Shown: one piece after another, positions 35,173-48,033 of the stretch
Numbering within the stretch: position 1 is the stretch's first letter
Layout of the letters: each line of letters begins with the position of its first letter
Assembly: GCF_006345805.1 (NCBI RefSeq)
Contig: NC_043001.1
Coordinates: forward strand, 51,274,001-51,338,000
Origin: Octopus sinensis
Taxonomy: Eukaryota
Length of the DNA stretch: 64,000 nucleotides
Reading direction: 5' to 3'
Notes under the pieces: model-generated
What the model saw: the letters and a program-made list of their open reading frames with translations, nothing else
Told to the model about the DNA's origin: nothing
Database searches by the model: none
Made by a program: the position numbers and the translations under genes

Positions 35173-37585
35173 CATTCAAAACTCACATTAGTTATTTGAC
35201 AATTTCTGCATCATGGTAAACCTATCAACCACAGTGGTACAGCTTCAAGAGAAGCAACAGGAATTATTACAGGAGCTACAAAAACAAATACTACAACAAC
35301 AACAATTAATAGAGTTACAGTTGGCAAAGTCTGAAAATCCAGAAAGCTTGTTTATGCCAGATGGCGAGGCTAATGCAGTTTCTGAATTTACATATAATCT
35401 GGAGGAGGGTTTTACATTTCATGCATATTATAGAAGATACAAGGAAATTTTTAATGAGTGCAAGTCAAGCTTGGAGGAGCAGAAAGTAAGGCTTTTACTA
35501 TGCAAGGTAGCTCCTGCCAAACATGAGCATTACTGTAACTTTGTTCTGTCCAAAAAGGCGAGCGAGATTGGGTTCCAAGAAACAGAAACTGCTTTCAAAA
35601 ATTTTTTGATAAATGTTCATTATTCAACACCAGAATGGGGTGTTGGAACTTAACAAAAAATAAGGAGGATAATTTTATCACCTACGCTGGAGTAGTCAAC
35701 CATATGTGCGAAAATTTCAAACTCCAGGATCTTACTCGGGATATGTTTAAATCACTGATCTTCATGCAAGGACTTATAGCACTGGAAGACAGAGAAATTC
35801 GGGCAAGGATTCTCTTGAAAATGAAGCAAGCAAACCAGGATTTCTCTTTATAAACTATCACAGAAGAATGTCAAACTAAGGTAAATCTTAAATATAGTGT
35901 GAAAAAATACAAGATAAAGACTCTCCAAAAATTCAAATGTGTCGTCCCAATCTGTGTTATGGTTGGGGGTGGGGGGGGGGCACTCTACAAAAAGTATTGT
36001 TTGTTTAAAAACAAAAAGTGCTATATTTGTTAGAAGCTGGGACACAGGAGTTCTCATTGTAGAACAAGACTATGAGGTTCAAGCACAAAAAGTTCTAAGG
36101 TGATTTCAGCAGAAAGTGATTGTAAAGGAAAAACAAGAAAATTTGTGCTCATAAAAATAGATGATGTTAGACACAGGTAGTGACATCTCAATTATAAATG
36201 TGGATACTTGAGAAAAAATTGGTAAACCGAGATTATGTAAAGCAGAGAAAATAGCATGTGGTGTAATGGGTGATAAATTACATTTCATGGGCAAAACATG
36301 TATCAATGTCACATTTCAAGTAGAGACACACGAAACAAAATTATTCATTGTGGGTAATACAATCAATCTGTTTGGCATAGATTGGTTAGAACTATTCGAT
36401 TTATGGCAAATCCCCATAAATCTTTACTGCAGTAACATAAATGGTAGTCCCATTAAAAACGAGTCTTCGGAAGACCTGAAGAAAAATCTGAAAAAAATGT
36501 TCCCGCAAGTGTTATCAGAGGATTTAGGTCTATGTAGAAAGACGGGGAAGCCTATTTCCAAGTAAGTGAAAACACTGAACCTGCATTTAAAGCAAACAGA
36601 AAAGTATCATTTGCAGCAATTGAAACTGTAAATGAAGAGTTGAACAGACTCAAGAAGAGCAGAGTCAACAAAAAGGTGGATTACTCAAAGTGGACAGCAC
36701 CCATGGTATGTATTAAAAAAAGAATAATAAGATTAGGTTGCATGCCAATTTTTTTTACAGGATGGAACAACTGCTTAAAAACATACCACCATCCACTCCT
36801 GACTGTAGAGGAGATTTTTCAAAGTTAAATGGTGGAAAACTTTTTTCCAAATTAGATTTACAGAAAAATTTAATGAAAAATGCTCAAAGTATTTGACAAT
36901 AAATACATACAGAGGATTGTACAGGGACACACAATTAACTTTTGGATTAAAAGCTGCACCGGCAATATGCCAGCAAATCATGAATATTATGTTATTTGAC
37001 TGTGAATTTGCAATCCTGTACTTGGACAATATTTTGATCAAGAGTAATTCTCATGAACAGCATGTGGAACAAATAAAAGCTGTGTTTAAGAAAATTAAAG
37101 TTTACTGGTTCACTTTGAGTGAAAAAAATGTGAATTCTTTTTACTCCAAATTAAGTACTTTGGCAAATAACTGATAAAAGTGGTAGATGTCCTGACCTGT
37201 TAAGGGTAGATACAATAAGGAATATGCCTGTGCTAACAAATATTCCAACTTTCAAATATTTCTTGGCAAACTATTATCAAAACTACATTCCTAACATGCA
37301 CAAGTTAAGAGCTCCATTGAACAACTTATTTAAAAAAAGGGGTAAAGTGGAATTGGTCCACTAAATGACAAAACACATTTGAAGAAATAAACATTCTGAT
37401 CTCAGACTTGTCATTAGCACATTATGATCCCAAAATGGACATCATTGTAGCATCCGATGCTTCTGGGCATGGATTAAGTGCAGTTCTACTTCATAAATAT
37501 GAAGACGGAAGTGCAAAACCTGTGGTTCATATTTTGTGCTCGCTAATAGTGGCAGAGAAGAGATACGGTCAAGTTGAAAAGGAGA

Positions 37586-37998
37586 ACCTAACAAAAGAGA
37601 TCTAAGGAAGAATGTATCAATTGAAAAGGTGAATGACAATGACCTTTTTGTGTGCAGTCTGTGATGGACCATGCCTGTGTTTTGACCTCAAATCTCATCT
37701 GTGAACACATGGAAAATGAAACTCAACCAACTATTCTGCCAATATGTCTGTGCACACCTTTGAATGCAGTGTATGCCAGAAGGTTTGCAAATCTAATGGA
37801 GGCCTCAAAAGACATTTCAAGATCCACAAAGAGCAGAACTTATCTGTAGCTCTTGGTGGTCGAAATCTGAGGTACAATCTATGTAGGTGTCTTTTCAGAA
37901 CATTGCCTGGTTTAAAAAGTCACATCAGATGCCCTGATGGTGATAAGGTGTAGGTACAGGAAGTGGTCAAACTCTGCATAAGGTGTTGACAACCACCA
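37586..37998 (+). mobile_element. Probable LINE 3' end encoding three C2H2 zinc fingers (degraded)
   Basis: FVCS-C...LKSHL*TH; FECSVCQKVCKSNGGLKRHFKIH; LRYNLCRCLFRTLPGLKSHIR. Ends in a CAC/(CA)n tail. The LINE origin is inferred. Confidence 0.6.
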
Positions 37999-38021
37999 CA
38001 CACACACACATATATACATAT

Positions 38022-38068
<47 letters not shown>

Positions 38069-38362
38069 AAGTGATGGTATGTTGTCAACCTGTAGCCAGT
38101 GTATTAGTAAAGTGTCATTCTTTATCACAAAATACCAACCCCTTTTGAATGCATCTGCAAAAAATTACACTGTCACCAGGGCCTTAGAATATCATCCATG
38201 CAAATATTAAAAATGATATATTCAAAACAGTCACCTCAAGAATTTAGTCAGAATGATTTTAATCACTACTATCATCCACGAGTCACTTTCAAGTCACTTG
38301 ACCATTTAAGTGGATTCTATCAACATCCTGCTACTGTCATACCACTGCTGCATTATTATTAC

Positions 38363-38395
<33 letters not shown>

Positions 38396-38880
38396 CATTA
38401 TTATTACTATTATTATTATTATTATTATTATTATGATGATGATGATGATGATGATGATTTTTCTTCTTCTTCTTCTTCTTCTCCTCCTCCTCCTCAACAT
38501 CCTTTCTCTACTACTACTACTACTACTACTTAAACAATCAAAGACAAGAATTCATATCAAACTAGCTGCTGCTAACTAGCTAGAACCCACAAGAGTAAAA
38601 AAGAGAGACAGGCAAGCAGAAAAAAGGAAAATGTCCCTTGCACATGAAAACTATGGAAACATATATTTTGAAAAATAATTTCATTTAATTTTTCCATAAT
38701 TTAATTGTTCTTCAAACTTTATTCTAAGTTGAAAGAGTTATAATGACTGAAACCGGTACTAAAATGTTCTTCATGGTAAAATTATTTTAGCATTTTCTAC
38801 TTTGTATTATTTTCCGTATACATATCAACTCGTGGGTTCATTTCCACCTCCTACACATACGCACACACACATACATTTAT

Positions 38881-38947
<67 letters not shown>

Positions 38948-38964
38948 TATATATATATATATGC

Positions 38965-39004
<40 letters not shown>

Positions 39005-39250
39005 CATATATACATACATATATATATGTATATATATATATATATGCATATATACTATATATATATATATATATACACACACACATATACATATATATAT
39101 ACACACACATACATATATATATATACATACACATATATATATACATATATATACACATATATACATATATATATATACACACATACATACATATATATAT
39201 ATACACACACATACATACATATATACACACATACATACATATATACACAC

Positions 39251-39298
<48 letters not shown>

Positions 39299-39299
39299 G

Positions 39300-39637
39300 T
39301 GAAGGCGCATGGCTCAGTGGTTAGAGCATCGAGCTTACGATCGTGAGGTTGTGAGCTCGAATCCCGGACCGGGCTGCGTGTTGTGTTCTTGAGCAAGACA
39401 CTTTATTTCACGTTGCTCCTGTTCACTCAGCTGTAGAAATGAGTTGCGACGTTACAGGTGCCAAGCTGTATCGACCTTTGTCTTTCCCTTGGATAACACT
39501 GGTGGTGTGGAGAGGGGAGGCCGGTATGCATGGGCGACTACTGGTCTTCCATAAAAAAACCTTGCCCAGACTTGTGCCTCAGAGGGTAACTCTCTAGGTG
39601 CAAACCCATGGTCACTCATGACCGAAGGGGGTCACTA
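39300..39637 (+). mobile_element. CpG-rich (probably young) tRNA-derived SINE, family D
   Basis: A-box TGGCTCAGTGG, B-box-like GCTCGAATCC, central TTGTGTTCTTGAGCAAGACACTT. Inserted in a (CA/TA)n tract. Confidence 0.8.
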
Positions 39638-39826
39638 AAAATACACACATATATACATATATATATATATACACACATACATATATATGTATATATATAT
39701 ATATACACATACATACATACATATATATATATATAGGGAGAGTTTACGAAAAAAAACAGAAGACAAAGACAGGTGGTGTACAAAACAAACAGATGTATTA
39801 GTATAATGCTCAGGAATAGAAAAAGT

Positions 39827-39862
39827 CTTTTACATTTCGAGCCTACGCTCTTCTACAGAAAG
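39827..39862 (-). ncRNA. Minimal hammerhead-like motif, variant core CUGUAGA
   Basis: CTTT-CTGTAGA-A-GAGC-GTAG-GCTC-GAAAT-GTA-AAAG on the minus strand. Confidence 0.5.
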
Positions 39863-39903
39863 GGACACAGAAAAAACAAGGAGAGAAAGAAAGTGTGTAG
39901 TGG

Positions 39904-39954
<51 letters not shown>

Positions 39955-39994
39955 CACACACATATATATATATACATATATATAAATATACATA

Positions 39995-42900
39995 CATCAT
40001 CATCATCATCATCATCATCGTTTAGCGTCCGTTTTCCATGCTAGCATGGGTTGGACGGTTCTACTGGGGTCTGTGAAGCCAGAAGGCTTCATCAGGCCCA
40101 GTCAAATCTGGCAGTGTTTCTACGGCTGGATGCCCTGCTTAACGCCAACCACTCCGTGAGTGTAGTGGGTGCTTTTTACGTGCCACCCGCACAGGCGCCA
40201 GACAGAGCTGGCAAACGGCCATGAACGGATGGTGCTTTTTATGTGCCACCGGCACGAGGGCCAGGCGAGGCTGGCAATGGACATGAAAGGATGGTGCTTT
40301 TTACGTGCCATCGGCACGAGGCCAGTCGGGGCGGTGCTGGCAACGGCCGCGAAACAGAAGGTTCTCTTACATGCCACCGGCACTGGTAACACATCTGCAA
40401 TTTCCATTGATCGATTTCGATTCTGATCCTCACTTGCCTCAACAGGTCTTCACAAGTAGAGTTTTGTGTCCCAAGAAGGGAAGGTATGCATACGTAGGCT
40501 GGCTCCATCCCATGTAGAAGGCCACGGGTTATGGACTCACTTGTCCTGCTGGGTCTTCTCGCGCACAGCACACTTCCAGAGGTCTCGGTCTCTAGTCATT
40601 TCCTCAGTGAGACCTAAAGTTCAAAGGTCGTGCTTCACCACCTCGTCCCAGGTTTTCCTGGGTCTGCCTCTTCCGCAGGTTCCCTCAACAGCTAGGGTGT
40701 GGCACTTTTTCACACAACTATCTTCATCCATTCTCGCCACATGACCATACCAGCGCAAACGTCTCTCTTGCACACCACAACTGATGCTTCTTAGGTCCAG
40801 CTTTTCTCTCAAGGTACTTACACTCTGCCGAGTATGAGTACTGACATTACACATCCATCGGAGCATACTGGCTTCATTTCTTGTGAGCTTACGCATATCC
40901 TCAGCAGTCACGGCCCATGTTTCACTGCCATGTAGCATGGCTTTTCGTACACACGCATCATACAGTCTGCCTTTCACTTTGTGCGAGAGGCCTTTTGTCA
41001 CAAGCAGAGGTAAGAGCTCTCTGAACTTTGCCCAAGCTATTCTTACTCTAGCAGTTACACTTTCAGCACACCCGCCCCCGCTGCTGACTTGGTCACCTAG
41101 GTAACGGAAACTATCAACTATTTCTAGTTTTTCTCCCTGGAAAGTGAGGGAGGTTGGTCTCAGAGCATTTTCAGTGTTTATTGTTCCTAAGCATCTGCCA
41201 CAAACAAAAACCATCTTCCTAGTTAGCCTTCCTTTGACGTTGCTGCACCTTTTATGTGTCCATAGCTTACACTTGGTGCATCTTATAGAGTTTCTACCTA
41301 CACCTTTTCTACAGATCGAGCAGGGCCATCTACCTGAAGGCGTTTGTGATTTATCTACCTTCCTACTGATTACGACTTTGGTTTTAGCTAGATTGACTCT
41401 GAGGCCCTTCGATTCTAATCCTTGTTTCCACACCTGAAACTTCTCCTCCAGTTCTGATAGTGACTCAGCAATTAGAGCAAGGTCATCAGCATAGAGGAGC
41501 TCCCAAGGGCATCCTGTCTTGAATTCCTTCGTTATTGCCTGGAGGACTATGATAAATAGGAGGGGGCTGAGTACTGAGCCTTGGTGGACCCCTACCTCTA
41601 CCCGGAATTCTTCACTGTACTCGTTTCCAACCCTCACCCTACTAGCAGCGTCCCTATACATGGCTCGCACAGCTCTCACTAACCATTCATCTATCCCTAG
41701 TTTCCTCATTGCCCACCAGATAAGGGATCGGGGGACCCTGTCGAAGGCTTTCTCCATGTCAACAAAAGCCAGGTACAGGGGCTTATCTTTGGCTAGGTAT
41801 TTCTCCTGCAGCTGCCTTACCAGGAATATAGCATCAGTAGTACTTTTCCCTGGCACAAACCCAAACTGCATCTCATCTAAACTAACTCTCTCTCTAATTA
41901 GTTGGGCTATGACCCTCTCCGTAACCTTCATCACCTGATCCAACAGCTTGATACCTCTGTAGTTATTTGTATCTAGGGCGTCACCTTTACCTTTGTAGCA
42001 GTTGACTATTATGCTGCTATACCAGTCATTGGGTATGACTCCTTTGTGTATCACCTGATTAACTATACGGGTGACTAGGCTATAGCCGACATTACCAGAC
42101 ATTTTGAGCATCTCTGCAGTGATTCCTGATGGGCCTGGGGCTTTCCCTGTCTTCATGCTTCTAATTGCCTTAGCTACCACGGAACTATCAACTCGGATAG
42201 CTGGTCCCTCTGTTGGGTCAACATTTGGCAGACTCTCTTTATCCCATTCATTTTCTTTATTCAGCAACCTTTCATAGTGGCATCTCCAAACCTCTCTCTT
42301 TGCATCCTCATTTAGCGCAAGTGAACCATCTTCCATGCGAACACACTTCTCTCCTACCACATCACGATTCTCTCTCACACACTGTCTTGCAACATGAAAC
42401 ACCTCCAGTCTTTGGTCCTCATGGCGCAGAACATTGGCAAATTTTTTCTTATCTGCTTCCCCTCTGGCTAAATAAACCTGTCTCCTAGCTTCTCTTTTGG
42501 CAGTCTGATACAATTCCCTGCTACCCCCATTTTTCCAGACCTTCCAAGCCTGTCTCTTTTCTCTAATAGCCCTGTCTACAATATTGTTCCACCACCACGT
42601 TATTCTAGGTCGAGAGGGGACTTTGCACCAGCCACAGATCTGGTCAGTGGCTCTCAGCAGGTTGTCCCTTAGAAACGTCCAGCTGTCTTCTACCCCCTAT
42701 GATGCTCTATCCCCTTCTACTTCGTCAAAGGCTTCAAGTAATATGTCCCTAAATCTCTGTCCATTTGCAGGATCTTTAAGCTTCCAGATCCTTCTTCTCC
42801 ATATTGGTCGTCATCTGGTTGTCCTCCTAGTCCTGATCCTAAAGTCACTAACTACCAGTCTATGTTGTGGGGTACATTCTTCACCTGGGAAGGTTTTGGC

Positions 42901-43875
42901 ATTTATAAGCAGCCATCTCTCCCTTTGCCTTGCAAGGATGTAGTCAATTTGGCTGGTATGTTGGCCCGATCGGTAAGTGACTAGGTGGCTGGTAGGTTTC
43001 CTGAAGTTAGTGTTGCAAATCATAAGATTATTTGCATCGCAGGACTCCAGCAGCCTGGTTCCCTCCTCGTTGCGGGAGCCATAGCCTCCATGTACGCCAT
43101 GGAAGCCCCCAGCATGTCATCCAACGTGACCATTGAAGTCACCAGCCACAAAGATAAGGCCTCTGTCGTTCGTCAACGAGGTAGTCTGCAGTAGAGTGTC
43201 ATAGAATCAGTCTTTCTGTCCATCGGGTAGCCCCGACTGAGGAGCATAGGCTGATATAATGGTTGCTAAACTATGATGAAGCACTAATCTAATCTTAAGT
43301 ATTCTGTCACATACTCTGATTACCTCAATTACTTTATCTACCCATTTCTCAGCGATAAGTATACCCACGCCACCAACCCCGTCAGTGTTCCCTGCCCAGA
43401 AAATCTTGTACCTGCGTTCCTTGCCTGTGAGGAACCTAGCTGATCCTCCTCTCCACCTTATTTCTTGCATGCAACATATATCCACACATCTCCGTTCAAG
43501 CATCTCGACTATCTCACCAGACCTACCTTTCAGTGTGCCAACGATGAGGGTGCCAACCCTGAGGGTGTGGGAGGCATGGGCTCTAGAGACCCTGGGACGG
43601 TGGACAGTAGCTTCGTGTACCTGAAAAGAAAGCTCGCATTTGGCAGAATTCATGTGCAAGTAATGAAGTAGTAAATTAGCCTTCAGTACAACCTGCATAA
43701 CACTAGCCTTTCATATTTTGCACTGTATGAATATTACCTTACATAGGTCGAGACTAGGGGTAGGGAGGGGTAGGGATGGTGAAAGAGCATTTGCAGTCTT
43801 CATGGGAAACAACCCCGGAATGGCAAAGAATAGGAACATCCGGCATGTGTGGAGGGGGTGGGAGGACGGGTGCAC
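39995..43875 (-). mobile_element. Near full-length RTE LINE (copy 2): APE plus RT, at least five in-frame stops
   Basis: APE (CMQEIRW, SAYAPQ, GDFNGHVG, SQIDY) runs in one frame into the RT ORF 40621-42513. Same family as copy 1, with a (GAT)n tail. Confidence 0.95.
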
Positions 43876-44562
43876 CGTATCTTAGTAAGAGGTTCTGTTA
43901 ATCGTATGAGCTAGCAAATGGGTTTGAAAAATCAGAGGGAATAATCATTATTGATAACTAATATTAACACCGTAGCTTAGTAAGAGGTTCTGTTAATCGT
44001 ATGAGCTAGCAAATGGGTTTGAAAAATCAGAGTGGCTATGAACCGGGAGACAAGACTAAACGAAAAAAATGTTTGAGCTAGACAGGGTAATGAGGGAATA
44101 CTGAAAGAATGAGGAACAATACAAGGAGATGGTAATTGAAGAATAGTGAAAGAGTAAAGATGATAAGTGCAAAGATAGAAGGTAGTCGTAGCGAGGCTGA
44201 ACGATTCACTTAGCTGTAGCCATTCATGATCTGTGCGTATTTCTTCTTTAGATATTTTGAAGCAAGTGGGGTTAACGATAATGCGACGCTCTTTTATATA
44301 TGGCGATGATGGTTATGGGAAGGGGGGGACATAGAGAAGCATAGGGAGAGAGATAGGGTTAGTTAGAGAGAGAGGTCAAGGAATATATACATATAAAATT
44401 TTAAAAATTAAAATAATGAGGGTAGAAATCGATATCAATCAATTAACATCAATTTAAACCAGTTGTCTAGCATATTCAAAAAAATCTGATATATATATAT
44501 TATATATATATATATACACATATATATGCATATATATATACATATACATATACATATACATA

Positions 44563-45640
44563 CATATAAGAGACCAAAGTGCACATATGCCACTATATAA
44601 AAATATACAAAATGGAGCAAGAATGCAAAACATCAGGACAGTTAGGTGATACAAAAATGGGACAACAAAACATCAAGATACACAATACAAAGAAAACAAG
44701 GATGGGTCATTCGAAGTTTCTTTCCTCAGTTAAGTATCGGATTATCTTCGCAATTGCAGCTGATTATACTTGAGATTGCTCCAATATGGCCTGCCCCAAG
44801 GAAAAACTAAGCTAAGAGCATTAGATTCCTTGGATGAAAGCAGCAAATATATACAAAAACAAGGATGGAGAAAAACAGACAATGTTAAACAAATACCATA
44901 AAAATAATAACAGGACATAACAACAAGTGACTTTCAACTAATGGCGAGTTAAATTAAGCTGGTGTGTGTGGAAATGAAGCCTTAGTGCAGGGATAGAAGG
45001 TTTCACAAACACAGAAAGGAATATCGAGGTTACACGGACAACGGCCAGACTAAGAAAGGAAGAACAGGCTTGGTCAAACACTGGTCATGTGGGAAGAGAA
45101 GAGAGAGAAGTAGAAGCAGAGGGACAGAAGAATTAAGGAGGGGCGAGAAAAAATGACAGGGACACACTGAAGTGAGAAGTGGAGGGAAAGCAAGCAAGAA
45201 GAGAAGGTAAAGAAATGTGAGAGAGGGGGAATGAAAGAACAAAGAGTGGAATGAACGAATAAGTATGAAAGGGCTCATAGACAGAAATAGAGTCGTACAA
45301 GATTTAGAAAAAAAGTATACTTGCATATAAGAGACCAAAGTGTACGTAGGCCACTATATATATAAAATACAAAATGGGACAAGAACATAAAACATCTGGA
45401 CAGTTAGGTGATACAAAAATGGGACAACAAAACATCCAGATAAACGATACAAAGAAACCAAGGACGGGTCATTCGAAGTTTTCATTCCTCAGTCAAGTAC
45501 TAGATTATCTTCGCAATGTTGGGTGATTATACTTGAAGTTGCTCCAATCTGGCCAGCCCCAAGGAAAAACTAAGCTAAGAGCATTAGATTCCTTGGAAGA
45601 AAGCAGCAAATGTATACAAAAACAAGGATGGAAAAAAACA
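44563..45640 (-). repeat. Two ~315-bp direct repeats (44563-44877, 45324-45640) around a purine-rich spacer, PLE pseudo-LTR-like
   Basis: Shared CATATAAGAGACCAAAG...CAAAAACAAGGATGG. A related module lies at 16560-16650. Confidence 0.6.
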
Positions 45641-45671
45641 TCTGTCTTTCATTTGTCATATATACATATAT

Positions 45672-46540
45672 AATAGAAATATTAAAATTACTAAGTCTCT
45701 CTAAAGGAGATATTAATAGTTATCGCCATACTAATATGGCAGTCTATAAATATAAGACTAAAGCTGTCGCTGATTAGCTCCAAAAGGCCATCGCCTCTAG
45801 CTAGCTATATGACACACGAACCTGCGTCCATTACAACCTTCGAACAGGGGAGGTCAGCTGCTTCACCTTGCTAGTCAGACATCTGCAGACATGTTCCAGG
45901 GTTGTTGCCCTTTATCAATGCAGCGTAGTCAGACCCAGCAGGTGTCACTACTAACCGTCTGTTCGAAGATTTTATTTACCTAGTTACAGTGGAATACATC
46001 CACTTCTTTTCAATAAAAGAAATATTAAAATTACCAAGTCTCTCTAAAGGAGATTACGGCAGCATTACTGGATATTAATAGTTATCGCCATACTAATATG
46101 GCAGTCTATAAATATAAGACTAAAGCTATCGCTGATTAGCTCCAAGAGGCCATCGCCTCTAGCTAGCTATATGACACACGAACCTGCGTCCATTACAACC
46201 TTCGAACAGGGGAGGTCAGCCGCTTCACCTTGCTAGTCAGACATCCGCAGACATGTTCCAGGGTTGTTGCCCTTTATCAATGCAGCATAGTCAGACCCAG
46301 CAGGTGTCGCTACTGACCATCTGTTCGAAGATTTTATTTACCTAGTTACAGTGGAATACATCCACTTCTTTTCAATAATAGAAATATTAAAATTACTAAG
46401 TCTCTCTAAAGGAGATTACGGCAGTGTTACTGGATATTAATAGTTATCGCCATACTAATATGGCAGTCTATAAATATAAGATAAAGGCAACAACCCTGAA
46501 ACATGTCTACAGATGTCTGACCTCCCCTGTTCGAAGGTTG
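45672..46540. repeat. 362-bp tandem array (about 2.3 units) ending in an inverted, internally deleted unit fragment
   Basis: Units start at 45672, 46015 and 46377. 46480-46540 is the reverse complement of part of the unit. Confidence 0.9.
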
Positions 46541-47590
46541 CTCCCCAGTCCGCTTTGTGGAAGTTTATGTTGTCAAATGAGTGCCATGGAGTGGGATTGG
46601 CTGGTTTGGTTTTTATATGTCGGGAATTAAAATTGCAGAGTACCATGTCGTGGTTTGAGAGGAGAGTTTTTTCAACTGAAATACTGTGAATGAAGCTAGA
46701 GTGATTGGTCAATACCAGATCCAAGATCGTTTTATTCTGTCTCGTTGGTTCGAGCACTAGCTGAGTCAGGAAGTATTCATCCATTAGATTAAAGAGCAGT
46801 TCTGCTGCTGCTCTATCTGATGTAAAGCATTTGCCTAACTTCAGAGTATTTGTGGGCCAGTTCACATGAGGGAGGTTAAAATCACCCATCACTAGTATGT
46901 TTCCAGAGTTGTACCTCCGAAGGAAGGACTTGACTTTGCTAAGGCACTCTTCAAAGCACTTTAGAGGTGCTTGGAGAGGCCTGTAAAGACCAACAATGAT
47001 TATGTCCTTGGCCTTGCTGAATAGTGATATTGATTCACAATAGCCATTGGAAAATATGTCCTTGGCATCAAGTGAAAAGGAGTCATGGATAAAGATGGCT
47101 GTCCCTCCCTTATTTTGGTCTGTGCGATCAGCACAAACAATGGTGAAATCTTTTATTTTCACCTCGGGAAGCAATGTGCCGTTTCGGCAAGCCAACTCTC
47201 TATATATGAGATCTTCCATTTTAGGGCAATAATTGATGGGTTGATGCCACGTACGTTTAACAGGAATGTCGAGGTAAGGGGAGTTTGATGTTTGCATTGT
47301 TCTAAGTTATGTTTTATGTTGTTCAGTGGTAACAATGTGGGTAGTTCTTGTATGGAGCTGTGTGTGTATGATTTTCTTGTTAGTAGTGGGTGTGATTTGC
47401 ATAGGTGGTTGCTGATAGCTCGTTGGATCTCCTGGCTTAGGTTGGCCTTCATATTTTCTAGGTAAGTCAGTAAAAAAGAGTTACCTCTTTGGTTTGCCAC
47501 TTGGTCAGAGGATACATATTTCATGTTATTTGGTGTTATGGTTTTTTCATGGTTCTGTCTACGTTGTTTGATTGTAGGAGGGGAAACGTG
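46541..47590 (-). mobile_element. CR1/L2-group LINE fragment (APE endonuclease)
   Basis: LLNVRGINPS..., GGTAIFI, VGLYRP, VMGDFNLPHVNW, EPTRQNKTILDLVLTN, SNHDMV, ending at FHKADW. Confidence 0.88.
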
Positions 47591-47749
47591 GTTTATATAT
47601 ATATATAATATATATACACACACATATATATATAAATAAATATATATATATATATATATAATAATATATATATATATATATATAATATATATAATATATT
47701 ATATATATATATATATATAATATATTATATATATATATATATATTTATA

Positions 47750-47791
<42 letters not shown>

Positions 47792-47891
47792 TATATATAT
47801 TTCTTCCATTTTCCTGAGCACCTAATAATAATAATACTGTAATTGTTCCACGTGTTGTTGTTTTTTCTGTTTTCCCGTTTGGATTAACCTT

Positions 47892-47933
<42 letters not shown>

Positions 47934-47974
47934 AAGTCAAATTGCGATAAAATAAAATTAATTATTATCGCTGG

Positions 47975-48033
<59 letters not shown>

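Larger units (their letters stand above)
34882..37585 (+). mobile_element. Ty3/Gypsy LTR retrotransposon (Mag/K02A2.6-like), 3'-truncated and frameshifted
   Basis: 5' LTR and PBS; gag (FTFHAYYRRYKEIF...KVRLLL); protease (DTGSDISII); RT (FGLKAAPAICQQ, YLDNILI); RNase H (IVASDASGHGLSAVL). No integrase or 3' LTR. Confidence 0.9.

Noticed and set aside
39300-39380. tRNA gene
   Set aside because: The A and B boxes run into a SINE body, and I see no acceptor stem or terminator.
38802-39396. YI/HT/CV-repeat ORFs (also 2098-2458, 12200-12497, 14561-14900, 47822-48172)
   Set aside because: These are (TA)n, (CA)n and (TACA)n microsatellite artefacts.
40060-40105. CTGATGA with a hairpin in the RTE 3' UTR (minus strand)
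   Set aside because: There is no GAAA after stem II, and copy 1 reads CTGATGC, so this is not a hammerhead.
45460-45500. CTGAGGA...CGAATGAC motif (also near 44710 and 16620)
   Set aside because: It lacks GAAA, a stable stem II and stem I pairing.
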